Shown here piece by piece: positions 30,249 to 40,398 of a stretch of DNA of 64,000 nucleotides. Both the position numbers and the translations under genes were made by a program. The notes beneath the pieces are model-generated. The model was not told where the DNA came from, ran no database searches, and saw nothing but the letters and a program-made list of their open reading frames with translations. How positions within the stretch are numbered: the first letter of the stretch is position 1; each line of letters begins with the position of its first letter. The DNA comes from Trueperaceae bacterium (GTDB lineage: Bacteria > Deinococcota > Deinococci > Deinococcales > Trueperaceae). The stretch spans positions 3,328,001 through 3,392,000 of the forward strand of contig OZ243927.1 in NCBI GenBank assembly GCA_965213925.1, in the 5' to 3' direction.

Positions 30249-32813
30249 ATGCCTGACAAACCGAACCAAACACCGCTCCTCCAAAGTGACGCGCTTAAAA
30301 AGGCTAACGGTCACAAGATCGTCATCATCGACGGTCACGCGCTAGCCTTTCGCTCCTACTACGCGATTCGCGAGCTGTCGAACAGCAAGGGCGAAGCGAC
30401 GAACGCGGTGTACGGCTTTCTGCGCTCGCTGCTGCGCATCTTGCAAGAGGAGGGCGAGTTCGACGCGACGGTCGTCACTTTCGACGCGCCCGCTAAGACC
30501 TTTCGCCACGAGCAGTACGAGGACTACAAGGCGGGGCGCAAAGAGATACCCGAAGACTTGCCCGGACAGATCAGGACCATTAAAAAGGTCGTCGAGCTGT
30601 TGGGGCTCTACCAGATCGAGCAGGCGGGCTTAGAGGCGGACGACCTCATCGGCACCATCGCCAAGCGCTGTGAAGCGAAGGGATACAGCGTCGAAATCGT
30701 CACGAGCGACCGCGACGCCTACCAGCTCGTGTCGGAGCGGGTGTGCGTGCGCGGGCTCACCAAGGCAGAGCGCTTCGGACCCGACGAAGTCTTCGAAAAG
30801 TTCGGCGTGCGCGTGGACCAGTGGATCGACTACCGAGCGCTGACCGGCGACTCATCCGACAACATTCCGGGGGCCAAAGGTATCGGACCCAAAACGGCGG
30901 CGAAGTTGTTGCAGAGCTACGACACGCTCGACTATATTTTGGAGCACGTCGACGAGCTAGAGCCGGTCTCCGCCGCGAAAAAGGTCAAGGCGAGCTTGGG
31001 GGACGTCAAGTTCTCCAAAATGCTCTCGAAAATCGTCACCGACGCCGACATAGGCATCGACCCGGAAGGCTGGGCGAAGCGGGAGATGGCGCGCGAAGAC
31101 CTCCAGGAGGTGTTGGCGGGGCTCGAGTTCGGCTCTATCATTAACGAGCTTGGTTTGGGTAGCGCGGCGCAGTCCGGCGCGAGCCATACGTACCAAAAGA
31201 TTTCTTCGGCGGATATCTTTTTCGGCGGCAGCTTCGGTTACGTTTTGTCCGACGCCAACCCCATGAACGCGGAGCTAAGTGAACTCTCCGTCGCGTCAGC
31301 CGGAACCGTGGCGAACATCGCGGAGCGGTGGCGAGGCGACATCTTGCGCACGGAGGGCGAGTTAAATGCTTGTGATGCTAAAGCGCTTAGCGTCTACGCG
31401 CGGCGCGAAGGCTTGGACTGTAAGCCGGGCGATGATCCGCTTCTCATGGCGTATGTCTTAGACCCGAACGTAACCGAGCCCGAAACGGTCGCGCGGCGCT
31501 ACGGGGCGGGCGAGTGGGGCGCGGACAGCACCTCCCGCGCGACCGTCACCGCCGAGCTGCTCGACCTCTTGCCGGAGAAGTTGACGGGTAAACTCGGAGA
31601 CCTCTACGAAGAAATCGAAAAACCCCTCGCGGACGTTCTTGCCGAGATGGAATACACGGGCGTGCGGCTCGACGTACCCTTTTTGGAGGCGCAGTCGGCG
31701 GCGATGAACGAGACCTTGACGCGGCTCGAGACAGAGGTCCGCGAGATCGCCCAAAACCCCGAGCTGAACCTCAACTCGCGCGATCAATTGGCGGAGCTTT
31801 TGTACGAGAAGCTCGAGCTGCAACCCGGCAAAAAGACCTCCACGGGCAAACGCTCCACGGCGGTGAGCGCCTTAGAGCCGCTTCGCGACGCGCATCCCGT
31901 CGTGGGCCTTATCCTGGAATACCGCGAGCTGTCGAAGCTCAAGAGCACGTACTTAGACCCGCTGCCGCGCCTCGTCAACGAGCGAACGGGGCGGATTCAC
32001 ACGACCTTTAACCAGACCGTCACGGCGACGGGGCGGTTATCCAGCGCCAACCCGAACCTGCAAAACATCCCCGTGCGCACCGAAATCGGGCGACAGATTC
32101 GGCGCGGTTTCGTCGCCGCCGAGGGGGCTAAACTGCTGGTCGCGGACTACTCGCAGATCGAGCTGCGCATCTTAGCGCACATCACAGGCGAGGAGGCGCT
32201 CATCGAGACGTTTCAGAAGGGCGAGGACATCCACCGCCGCACCGCCGCGCAGATTCATGAGGTCGCTTTAGAAGACGCCACACCCGACATGCGCCGCGTG
32301 GCGAAGATCATCAACTTCGGCGTGTTGTACGGTATGTCGGCACACCGCCTCACGAACGAGTTGGGCATCAGCTACAAGGAGGCGGACGCCTTTATTACGA
32401 CCTATTTCGAGCGTTACCCTAAGGTGCAAGGGTATATCGACGACACGCTCACCTTCGCCCGCAAAGAGGGTTACGTCGAGACGCTTCTGGGGCGGCGGCG
32501 CATGATCCCCGACATCAACACGAAAAACCGCAACCTGCGCGAGTACGCCGAGCGCACCGCCTACAACATGCCGATCCAGGGAACGCAGGCGGACATCGTG
32601 AAGCTAGCCATGCTCCAGCTGGCCCCCAAACTGCGCGAGCAGGGCGCGAAGCTGCTCCTCCAAGTTCACGACGAGTTGGTCATCGAAGCGCCCGAAGATC
32701 GTGTTCAAGAGGTCGCGCAAGAGGTTCAAACGACGATGGAGGGCGCGTTCGAGATGCGCGTGCCGCTCGTCGCGGAGGTCGGGGTGGGCGAGAATTGGCT
32801 CGAGGCGAAGTAG
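30249..32813 (+). CDS. polA: DNA polymerase I
   Basis: 5'-3' exonuclease (IDGH, EADD, GDSSDNIPG), TGRLSS, DYSQIELR, KIINFGVLYG, QVHDE. Confidence 0.97.
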   Translation: MPDKPNQTPLLQSDALKKANGHKIVIIDGHALAFRSYYAIRELSNSKGEATNAVYGFLRSLLRILQEEGEFDATVVTFDAPAKTFRHEQYEDYKAGRKEIPEDLPGQIRTIKKVVELLGLYQIEQAGLEADDLIGTIAKRCEAKGYSVEIVTSDRDAYQLVSERVCVRGLTKAERFGPDEVFEKFGVRVDQWIDYRALTGDSSDNIPGAKGIGPKTAAKLLQSYDTLDYILEHVDELEPVSAAKKVKASLGDVKFSKMLSKIVTDADIGIDPEGWAKREMAREDLQEVLAGLEFGSIINELGLGSAAQSGASHTYQKISSADIFFGGSFGYVLSDANPMNAELSELSVASAGTVANIAERWRGDILRTEGELNACDAKALSVYARREGLDCKPGDDPLLMAYVLDPNVTEPETVARRYGAGEWGADSTSRATVTAELLDLLPEKLTGKLGDLYEEIEKPLADVLAEMEYTGVRLDVPFLEAQSAAMNETLTRLETEVREIAQNPELNLNSRDQLAELLYEKLELQPGKKTSTGKRSTAVSALEPLRDAHPVVGLILEYRELSKLKSTYLDPLPRLVNERTGRIHTTFNQTVTATGRLSSANPNLQNIPVRTEIGRQIRRGFVAAEGAKLLVADYSQIELRILAHITGEEALIETFQKGEDIHRRTAAQIHEVALEDATPDMRRVAKIINFGVLYGMSAHRLTNELGISYKEADAFITTYFERYPKVQGYIDDTLTFARKEGYVETLLGRRRMIPDINTKNRNLREYAERTAYNMPIQGTQADIVKLAMLQLAPKLREQGAKLLLQVHDELVIEAPEDRVQEVAQEVQTTMEGAFEMRVPLVAEVGVGENWLEAK

Positions 32814-32832
32814 CCCCGAGCCTCCTGATTTC

Positions 32833-35800
32833 TCAGTTCACGCGGACTAGCTCGAGCTTATCCAAGCGCGTCCCGTCTTCACGCATGTAGATCGTGAGCG
32901 TATGTTCACCCACGTCTAAGTCGAATGTAAAGGGGGAGCGGCCGCGCCGCGCGGCGTCTTGCGGCTCGAAGCTGCTGTTGCGCGGCGTGTCCCAGCGTTC
33001 ATTCTTGATATCACTATCCACGCCGAGGAAGAACGAATCGCTGCTCCTCGAGCCCTGCACCCAACCTCTTACCTTATAGCGCCCTGGTTCGGTCACATTT
33101 ACGCAGTACTCGGCACGGTTAGCGGGATTGATACCCTTCTGGTGACCGACGCCGTCCGGCGTGTCAATGTAGCGTCCGCCGCTCGCGGACGCGCCGTCCG
33201 CGACGCGGAACGCGCCAAAAAGCTCGCCCGCTTCCGCTTCCTGGGTTAAAGGCCCGCAGGTGCTCGCCGTATTGACCCTTTCTAAGGCGACCTTGTCGAG
33301 TTTCGTGCCGTCCTCGCGCATGTAGACCGAGACGGTGTGTTCACCCGCGTCCAGGTCGAAGGTGTAGGCGGGCTGTCTGCGCCGCGCGGCGATCTGGGGT
33401 TCGAAGCTCCGGTTGCGCGGCGTATCCCAACGTCCGCCGCCCGCGCCGTCCACCGCGACGAAGAACGAATCGCTGCCGCTCGAGCCCTGGACCCAGCCCT
33501 TCAGGGTGTACTGACCTGGCTCGGTGACGGTCATGCAGTAGTCGGCACGGTGAGCGCGGTTAGGCGTTCCCTTCTGATGTCCGAAACCGTCCGGCGTGTC
33601 GATGTAACGTCCGCCGCTCGCCGAGGCGCGGTTCGCGGCGCGGAACGCGCCGAAAAGCTCGCCCGCTTCCGCCTCTTGGGTGAGGGACCCGCACGCTGGC
33701 TTAGACGGTGCGTAGGTTGCGACGAGAGTTCGCGGCTCGCTCTGAACCGTGATGTCGTGGATGCGCTCGCCGCTGTCGGACCAGCTCACGAAGTCCAGCC
33801 CCTCCTGCTCCTTTAAGGCGCTCAGTTGCTGGCGGGCGTTCACGTTCGTCGTGACGGTAAAGGGCGTTGTGCGCTCCACCCCTTCCCAGCTCAGCGTCAG
33901 ACCGCTCGGCTCAGTGTCGAGCGTGTATTCCACCGTGTTCAAGGTGAGCGTCACGCAGCTCGGGTCGCTCTTGTTGCCGTTTTGCATGACGCGCAAGCAA
34001 AGCTCTAGCGAGGTGTTGTCGCCGTGGTCGGGCACCGTGAACGCGCCGTCTTCGCCCATCGTGGGAGGCAACTCGTCGAAGTGTTGGTGCTCGTTATGGT
34101 TGAGCTTCAAAGACCAGGAGAAGTCCTCACCGCGCAGCGTCTCGCCCTGGTCCGACGCGAGGAAAGGAACCTGGTTGCCGACGGTGAAGGTCGCGCCGTC
34201 TTGGGGCGAGAGGATGACCGCGACGGGCTGGGTCGTACCCGCTTCGACAAGGACGGTGTCCGTGTTGCTCGCGCCCGCTGTGTCCGTCACCGTCAAGCGG
34301 GCGCGGTAGAGGCTGACCTCTTCATAGGTGTGGGTCGGGTTCGCTTCAGTCGAGGTGTTGCCGTCGCCGAAGTCCCACGAATAGCTGAGCGTGTCGCCGT
34401 CGTCATCTGTGCTGTCACCGCCCGTAAAGCGCACCGTTAAGGGAACGGAGCCTGACGCGCCCGACGCGCTCGCTTGCGCCACAGGCGGCGTGTTGCCCGC
34501 CGCTGTATAGCGCAGCCGCTTGAGCTTACCCTCTCGAATATTCATGAGGTAGAGGTCGCCCCCTGGACGCGCCACCATCTGCACCACGCCCTGCTCGGTG
34601 CCAAAGTTCACGTCCGTCACGCGACCGTCGGCCCCGAAGGTGAGCGTGCGAATCCAGCGCTGGTTGTAGTCGGTGATGAAGAGTGCGCCCCGGTACTCGT
34701 CCGGGTAGCGCGTGCCCGTGTAGAAGTCGCCGACTTGAACCGAGGCGCTCGTCCCGCTGCGCGTGTAGCTATAGAGCGGCGGCGTGACGCGCCCGTTTTC
34801 GTAGAAGTCTTGACAGAACTCCAGCGCTCTAAAGCCGCCTTGCTGCAAGCTCTCGCCGTTTCCGCCCTCGTAGCAGGGCCAGCCGAAATTTGCGCCCTCG
34901 CCCGTATTGACCTCTTCCCAGGTGCCCCGCCCTACGTCGCCGATGAAGGGCTCGCCCGTCGCGGGATGAACCGCGAAGCGGAAGGGGTTGCGTAGGCCCG
35001 AGCTGTAGACCTTCGAGCGGTTGCTGTCCGGGTCGCCGTCATAGAAGGGATTGTCTGGATAGCCTCGCCCCGTCGCCGGGTCTATGCGCATCACTTTGCC
35101 CGCGAGGCTGTCCAAACTGAGCGCGCGCGTCGTGTAGGGCTCGGTCTTCGTATAGTTCGCGCCGTCGCCGTTGCTGACGAAGAGCGAGCCGTCCGTGCCG
35201 AAGCGCACCGTGCCGATGGTGTGCGACTGCTCGTCGGCGGGCAAGCAGTCGCGGACGTACACGCCGTTCTCCTCACAGGAGGGGGGACCGTTGCGCTCCT
35301 CCGGATTGCCGATATTCGCGTACGTGCTGTTCGTTCCTAAAAGGACCCGCTCGCTGCCCGGCACCGCGACGTTATAGCCCTGCGCCTCGTCCGCGGTGAC
35401 GCGCACCAGGCGCGAAACCCGCGCGCCGTTGCCGTCGGGTCCGCCCGTCGCTGTGCCTGAGAGTTCCGGCGGGTCATAGGTGAAGAGCACGTAGACGTAA
35501 GGCTGCGCGGGAAAGTCGGGGTGCACCGCGAGCCCCAACATCCCCCGGTCGTGGCGGCTATTGACCTGCGCCGAGAGGTCGATAAAGGGGGCACCTTTCA
35601 GCGACCCGTTCTCAAACACACGTACAGCGCCGCCCTTCTCCCCGATAAAAATGCGCCCGTCGGACGCGAAGTCGAAGACGACACCTTGGTTGAGACCTGT
35701 GACCACATCCTCTAACACGAAGCCGCTCGGCACCGCCTGCGCGGTGAGGGCAGCGTCTCGGTCCACCGACCTGAGGGCGCGCACACGTATGGTGACGCGG

Positions 35801-36360
35801 CCCTCAGCTGCACTGCTCTTGAGCTGGAGGTGGTTGAGGGTAACCCTGTGGGTATCACTTTGGACGGTTTCTTCTGAAGCGCGTTCAGTGTCTAAGTAGA
35901 AATGCTCTGTACCATCGGCGAGGATAAGATAAACCTCGAGCATCTCCGGTGCGCCCGCACCGTCCACCTGTCCGGGCAGGTCGATGTGGAGGCGTTTACG
36001 CGCCGCAAAGGTGTCCGCCGAACCGTCGAGCGCCGCGTAGGGCAACGTGAGCGTGACGCTCGGCCCTATAGCTTCGACTGAGCCGGCATAGTCCGGGGGT
36101 GCGTCTGTCGGCGCGGGCTGCGGCGCGGCGCTCGAGGCGAGCGTTACGCGCGCTTCCTGGGAGAAAAACCCCTCCTCGAACGTAGCTTGCGCGCCGTTCT
36201 CTAAACGAACGCTCCCGGCGTCCGCCCCGAGCGTGGCGGTCACTTCGTCCTCTAAACGCGCCTCTCGAGTCTGCTGACAGGCAAAAAGCAAGAAGATTAG
36301 CCCGACGCTGCCAACCAATAAACCTAGCCTCCGCGTTTCTACCTTGCGCCATCTGTTCAT
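32833..36360 (-). CDS. Lipoprotein with glucose/sorbosone (PQQ-dependent sugar) dehydrogenase beta-propeller, PKD domain and two C-terminal carbohydrate-binding-like repeats
   Basis: LFAC lipobox; DRGMLGLAVHPDF, GLRNPFR, NFGWPCYEG; SWDFGDG PKD motif; duplicated EAEAGELFGAF...MREDGT-LDK repeats. Confidence 0.85.
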   Translation of the reverse strand: MNRWRKVETRRLGLLVGSVGLIFLLFACQQTREARLEDEVTATLGADAGSVRLENGAQATFEEGFFSQEARVTLASSAAPQPAPTDAPPDYAGSVEAIGPSVTLTLPYAALDGSADTFAARKRLHIDLPGQVDGAGAPEMLEVYLILADGTEHFYLDTERASEETVQSDTHRVTLNHLQLKSSAAEGRVTIRVRALRSVDRDAALTAQAVPSGFVLEDVVTGLNQGVVFDFASDGRIFIGEKGGAVRVFENGSLKGAPFIDLSAQVNSRHDRGMLGLAVHPDFPAQPYVYVLFTYDPPELSGTATGGPDGNGARVSRLVRVTADEAQGYNVAVPGSERVLLGTNSTYANIGNPEERNGPPSCEENGVYVRDCLPADEQSHTIGTVRFGTDGSLFVSNGDGANYTKTEPYTTRALSLDSLAGKVMRIDPATGRGYPDNPFYDGDPDSNRSKVYSSGLRNPFRFAVHPATGEPFIGDVGRGTWEEVNTGEGANFGWPCYEGGNGESLQQGGFRALEFCQDFYENGRVTPPLYSYTRSGTSASVQVGDFYTGTRYPDEYRGALFITDYNQRWIRTLTFGADGRVTDVNFGTEQGVVQMVARPGGDLYLMNIREGKLKRLRYTAAGNTPPVAQASASGASGSVPLTVRFTGGDSTDDDGDTLSYSWDFGDGNTSTEANPTHTYEEVSLYRARLTVTDTAGASNTDTVLVEAGTTQPVAVILSPQDGATFTVGNQVPFLASDQGETLRGEDFSWSLKLNHNEHQHFDELPPTMGEDGAFTVPDHGDNTSLELCLRVMQNGNKSDPSCVTLTLNTVEYTLDTEPSGLTLSWEGVERTTPFTVTTNVNARQQLSALKEQEGLDFVSWSDSGERIHDITVQSEPRTLVATYAPSKPACGSLTQEAEAGELFGAFRAANRASASGGRYIDTPDGFGHQKGTPNRAHRADYCMTVTEPGQYTLKGWVQGSSGSDSFFVAVDGAGGGRWDTPRNRSFEPQIAARRRQPAYTFDLDAGEHTVSVYMREDGTKLDKVALERVNTASTCGPLTQEAEAGELFGAFRVADGASASGGRYIDTPDGVGHQKGINPANRAEYCVNVTEPGRYKVRGWVQGSRSSDSFFLGVDSDIKNERWDTPRNSSFEPQDAARRGRSPFTFDLDVGEHTLTIYMREDGTRLDKLELVRVN

Positions 36361-36775
36361 AAGTATCCCCTAAAGAGCAATCTGGTCCATATCGGCGTCA
36401 CGGCAAAGGAAGTAGAAAAGAAATAGACCCTCTAAGTGTTAAGTTTTTAACACTGCGTTAAGTTTCTCACACTATACCGAGCACACACAATACATAAAGT
36501 ATTAATTAAGCTCTCATTTTTTGAGTTTGTCAGGGTGGGTGGTCTCGCTAAGGTGCGTCTCCGAACGCGAGGTCATACGGACTGGTTCTAAACCGGAGCT
36601 TTTCTAACCATCTTTACACCTTGGCGGGTCATAATCTTTAGAGACTTATGAGTACCCACCACGAACCACTCCACATCATGAACGCCCCTATAGAGATGGC
36701 TATACATCACCTACCCCCTCCACATGCGTACAATCGCACGTCGCCTGTGGGCTTTCTCACGCTAGAATAGTCCCG

Positions 36776-38107
36776 ATGACGACACGACACTATTTCGGAA
36801 CCGACGGCATCCGTGGGGTCGCGGGCGAGGACCCGCTCACCGCCGCTTTCGCCTTTCAAGTCGGCGTAGCCGCCGCCGAAGCCCTCAGAGACGCGGGCAA
36901 ACATGCGCCCACCGTTCTTATCGGCACGGACACGCGCCGCTCCGGCCCGATGCTCGCTAACGCGCTTTCAGCCGGGCTCGCCTCGAGGGGCGCTGAAGCG
37001 GTGGGCTTAGGCGTGATGCCGACCCCCGGCGTTTCGCATCTCGCCCGCGTCTTGGGCGCGGACGCGGGCGTCGTGATAAGCGCGTCGCACAACCCGTTCG
37101 CGGATAACGGCATCAAGTTTTTCGACCACAAAGGGGAAAAGCTCTCGGACAAGATCGAGGCGGAGATCGAGCGTTACTTAGACAAAATTGACGCGCTAGA
37201 GCCCGTCACGGGCGAGAGCGTTGGCACGGTCCGGCGGCATAACCGCGCAGAAAACAGCGACTACTTCGACTTTCTAGTCGCCAACGGTCCTGACCTCAGC
37301 GGCCGCACCATCGGCTTAGACTGCGCTAACGGCGCGAGCTACAGGCTCGCGCCCGAGGTCTTCCGGGCGCTCGGCGCAGACGTCAAGGTCATCTGCGACG
37401 ACCCCGACGGCATAAACATCAACACAAACTGCGGCTCGACGCACCCGGGCGTGATTCAATCCTACGTGGTAGAAAATAGTCTCGACTTAGGCGTGACCTT
37501 CGACGGCGACGCCGACCGAGTTCTGCTCGTGGACCGCCAGGGTCGGCTCGTGTCGGGCGACCACATGTTGGCGATCTGCGCCCTGCACCGGGGCGAACAA
37601 GCGGTCGTCTCGACGGTGATGGGCAACCTGGGTTTAGAGCATTACTTGGGCAAGCACGGCGTCACGCTGCTGCGCTCCGCCGTAGGCGACCGCTACGTCC
37701 ACGAACTGCTCAACCGCGAGGACCTCACTTTGGGCGGCGAACAGTCAGGACATCTGCTCTTCTTGGATAAAGCGCCTACGGGCGACGGCATCTTTAGCGC
37801 GTTGCAGACCTTGGCGGCTGCGCAGGCGCTAGGCAAACCTTTAGATGCCTGGGTGGACGAGATCGTCATGTACCCGCAAACGCTCCTCAACGTGCGCGTG
37901 GAGCCGGCGCTTAAAGCGAGCGTGGCGGAGCACGAAGAGGTGCGCCAAGCGGTCGAGGCGGCGGCGCTGCGGCTCGAGGGGCAGGGCCGCATCAACCTGC
38001 GCCCGAGCGGGACGGAACCCCTGGTACGCGTAATGGTCGAAGGGCAGGACGAAGCGCTCATCGAAGCCGTCGCCAACGACGTCGCCTCGGTCGTCAAAGC
38101 AATCTAA
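36776..38107 (+). CDS. glmM: Phosphoglucosamine mutase
   Basis: FGTDGIRG, ISASHNP, DGDADR, GGEQSGH, RPSGTEP. Confidence 0.95.
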   Translation: MTTRHYFGTDGIRGVAGEDPLTAAFAFQVGVAAAEALRDAGKHAPTVLIGTDTRRSGPMLANALSAGLASRGAEAVGLGVMPTPGVSHLARVLGADAGVVISASHNPFADNGIKFFDHKGEKLSDKIEAEIERYLDKIDALEPVTGESVGTVRRHNRAENSDYFDFLVANGPDLSGRTIGLDCANGASYRLAPEVFRALGADVKVICDDPDGININTNCGSTHPGVIQSYVVENSLDLGVTFDGDADRVLLVDRQGRLVSGDHMLAICALHRGEQAVVSTVMGNLGLEHYLGKHGVTLLRSAVGDRYVHELLNREDLTLGGEQSGHLLFLDKAPTGDGIFSALQTLAAAQALGKPLDAWVDEIVMYPQTLLNVRVEPALKASVAEHEEVRQAVEAAALRLEGQGRINLRPSGTEPLVRVMVEGQDEALIEAVANDVASVVKAI

Positions 38108-38111
38108 GCCT

Positions 38112-39746
38112 TCAAGATTCGAAAAGTTCGGTGAACGCGAAGCGCGTTCCGTCGAAGAGCCCCCGGTCGCTGAGCTTGAGGTCGGGGATGACCAGCAGCG
38201 CCATAAACGAGAGGGTCATGTAAGGCGCGTGGAGCGCCGAGCCCAGCGCCTTCGCACGCTCACTCAGCTCGCTGTAGTGCGCCGCCACCTCGAACCCGTC
38301 CCGGTCGCTCATCAGACCTGCGATGGGGAGCGCCAGACACACCTTTTCGTCTCCGTCCACCAGCGAGAGACCGCCGCGCCCCTCGAGCACGAGGTTGACC
38401 GCCGCGCAGAGCGCGTCGTCCGAGGTGCCTACAGCGATGACGTTATGCGAGTCGTGCGCCACCGACGAGGCGATCGCGCCGCGTTTCAAACCGAAACCCT
38501 TGACAAAGGCGGCAGCGCAGGGCGCGTCTTCGTAGCGGTTCACGACACTCAGCTTGAGCACGTCGTTCTCTACATCTGGAAGGACCTCGCCCGCCTCGAC
38601 GCGCGCGCGGACGACCTCTCGTTTCGTGACCAGTTGCCCGTCCGACGCGGCGATGACGTTGAGGCGTCCCGGCTGAGCAGCGACGCGAAAGTCCGCGGGC
38701 GTCTTGAGCGCCGCCGCAAAGCGGTTGGGCGTGGCGACGCGCCGACTAGGAAGGTGCGTTGCGCCCCTTTCAGCCACCCGCTGACCTCGTAGATAGGTCG
38801 CTAAAACATCTATAGTCTCGAGGTCATCCACCACGATAAAATCCGCCGCGTCACCTTCGCGCAACAAGCCGATATCCAGCGCGTAGTGCTCGGTGGGCGT
38901 GACGCAAGCGGCGCGTAGCAGCGTCATGAGGTCTAGCCCTTTAGCTAGCCCCCGCTTCACGATGAGGTTGATATGTCCCGCTTCTAAGTCGTCGGGGTGG
39001 AGGTCGTCGGTGCAAAGCATGAGTTTGCCGGGGTAGTCGCGTAGCAGCGGCCAGAGCGACTCGAAGTTCTTCGCCGCCGAGCCCTCGCGGATCGCGAGTT
39101 TAAGCCCCGCCGCCAGCTTCTCCTCTCCCTCCTCGAGGCGCACGCTCTCGTGGTCGGTGGTGATGCCCGCTCTGGCGTAGCGCGCGAGCGGCTCGCCGCG
39201 CAGCCCCGGCGCGTGACCGTCGACGGGTTTGCCGAGCGACGTCGCCGCCGCCATCTTCGCTAGGAGCGCCTCGTCGCCCGCTAACACGCCAGGCACGTTC
39301 ATGACCTCGCTCAAGTAGCCGATTCTAGGGTCTCGCAGCAGCGCGCGCACCTCCTCCAAGCCGAGGCTCGAGCCCGCCGTTTCAAAGCTCGTCGCGGGCA
39401 CGCAAGGCGGCGCACCGAAGCACATCGTTAGGGGGCTCGCGTCCGCGTCGTCCAGCATGAAGCGCACGCCTTTGGCACCCAACACGTTGCCGATCTCGTG
39501 CGGGTCGCTCACTGTGGCGACCGTGCCGTGGCGCACCGCGAGCCGTGCGAACTCGCTCGGGGGCAACATCGAACTTTCGATGTGGACGTGGGCGTCTACG
39601 AAACCGGGCATGAGGTAGTGCTCGAAAGGTCCGTCCTCGCGCGTGATGCGGGTGATGACGCCGCCGGACAGCTCGAGCCGCGCCGGGTAGACCTCCTGGG
39701 CGTGAACGTCAACGAGGTTGCCGGTGAGAAAAGTAGGGCGTTCCAT
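38112..39746 (-). CDS. ade: Adenine deaminase
   Basis: PGFVDAHVHIESS, DPHEIGNV, DGHAPG, IREGSAAKN, CTDDLHP, AHDSHN, LLVIP. Confidence 0.94.
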   Translation of the reverse strand: MERPTFLTGNLVDVHAQEVYPARLELSGGVITRITREDGPFEHYLMPGFVDAHVHIESSMLPPSEFARLAVRHGTVATVSDPHEIGNVLGAKGVRFMLDDADASPLTMCFGAPPCVPATSFETAGSSLGLEEVRALLRDPRIGYLSEVMNVPGVLAGDEALLAKMAAATSLGKPVDGHAPGLRGEPLARYARAGITTDHESVRLEEGEEKLAAGLKLAIREGSAAKNFESLWPLLRDYPGKLMLCTDDLHPDDLEAGHINLIVKRGLAKGLDLMTLLRAACVTPTEHYALDIGLLREGDAADFIVVDDLETIDVLATYLRGQRVAERGATHLPSRRVATPNRFAAALKTPADFRVAAQPGRLNVIAASDGQLVTKREVVRARVEAGEVLPDVENDVLKLSVVNRYEDAPCAAAFVKGFGLKRGAIASSVAHDSHNVIAVGTSDDALCAAVNLVLEGRGGLSLVDGDEKVCLALPIAGLMSDRDGFEVAAHYSELSERAKALGSALHAPYMTLSFMALLVIPDLKLSDRGLFDGTRFAFTELFES

Positions 39747-39768
39747 CCGTTAGTATAGAGGTTTTGAT

Positions 39769-39859
39769 GAAGGTGTTCCGTTTTGTGTGTACGCGGATGC
39801 TAGACAACCTCCCTTACGAGCTTCGCGCAACTCTATACACAAAACGTGGTACACCGCCC
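39769..39859. mobile_element. 91-bp mini-IS/MITE with IS256-like ends
   Basis: Imperfect inverted ends GGTGTTCCGTTTTGTGTGTA / TATACACAAAACGTGGTACACC; TTTGAT repeated on both flanks (39763-39768, 39860-39865). Confidence 0.55.
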
Positions 39860-39885
39860 TTTGATAGGGGTTCGAGGTGGGAGCG

Positions 39886-40074
39886 CTAAGCCAAACATTC
39901 TAAAATGCTTTGGTAGTTCCTTCTCGCACTTTCCGTGTGAGCGTGGTTGTCGCCCAAGCTCGTGCTAAAAACTTCGACTGCCTGCCGACAAAGCGGCTCC
40001 GCCTCCTCGCAACGCCCCATATCTTTAAGCAAATTGGCGAGGTTGTCCAGATGTCTACCGTGCCCTGGACGCAC
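39886..40074 (-). pseudogene. C-terminal fragment of a tetratricopeptide-repeat protein
   Basis: LDNLANLLKDMGR.EEAEPL.RQA.....LGDNH.HT TPR pattern without a credible N-terminus. Confidence 0.6.
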
Positions 40075-40398
40075 CTCGCCAAACGTCTGCTTGTCAATCT
40101 CTATAACTTTTCGGTAAAGCGGTTCAGCTTCCCTATATCGCTCTGTGTCATGAAAAATTATACGGACTCCGTTATCACCGGAATCCGTACCTGTTTCTAC
40201 TCGCTCAGGAGTCTTCAGCCGAAGGTATCATCTTCACATTTGCGCGCGTTGTCGTTGAGCTTGCCAGCAGCGGCTGAAGGCTCTTCCTCGGGACTAAACA
40301 CGCGATAAAGTCGCATGTTTAACCGGAAAGGGTATCATTTTTCGCTTAACGCTGTGCTAAGCGTAGCATTTATTTGGGCGTCCATGATAAGAAGAGCC

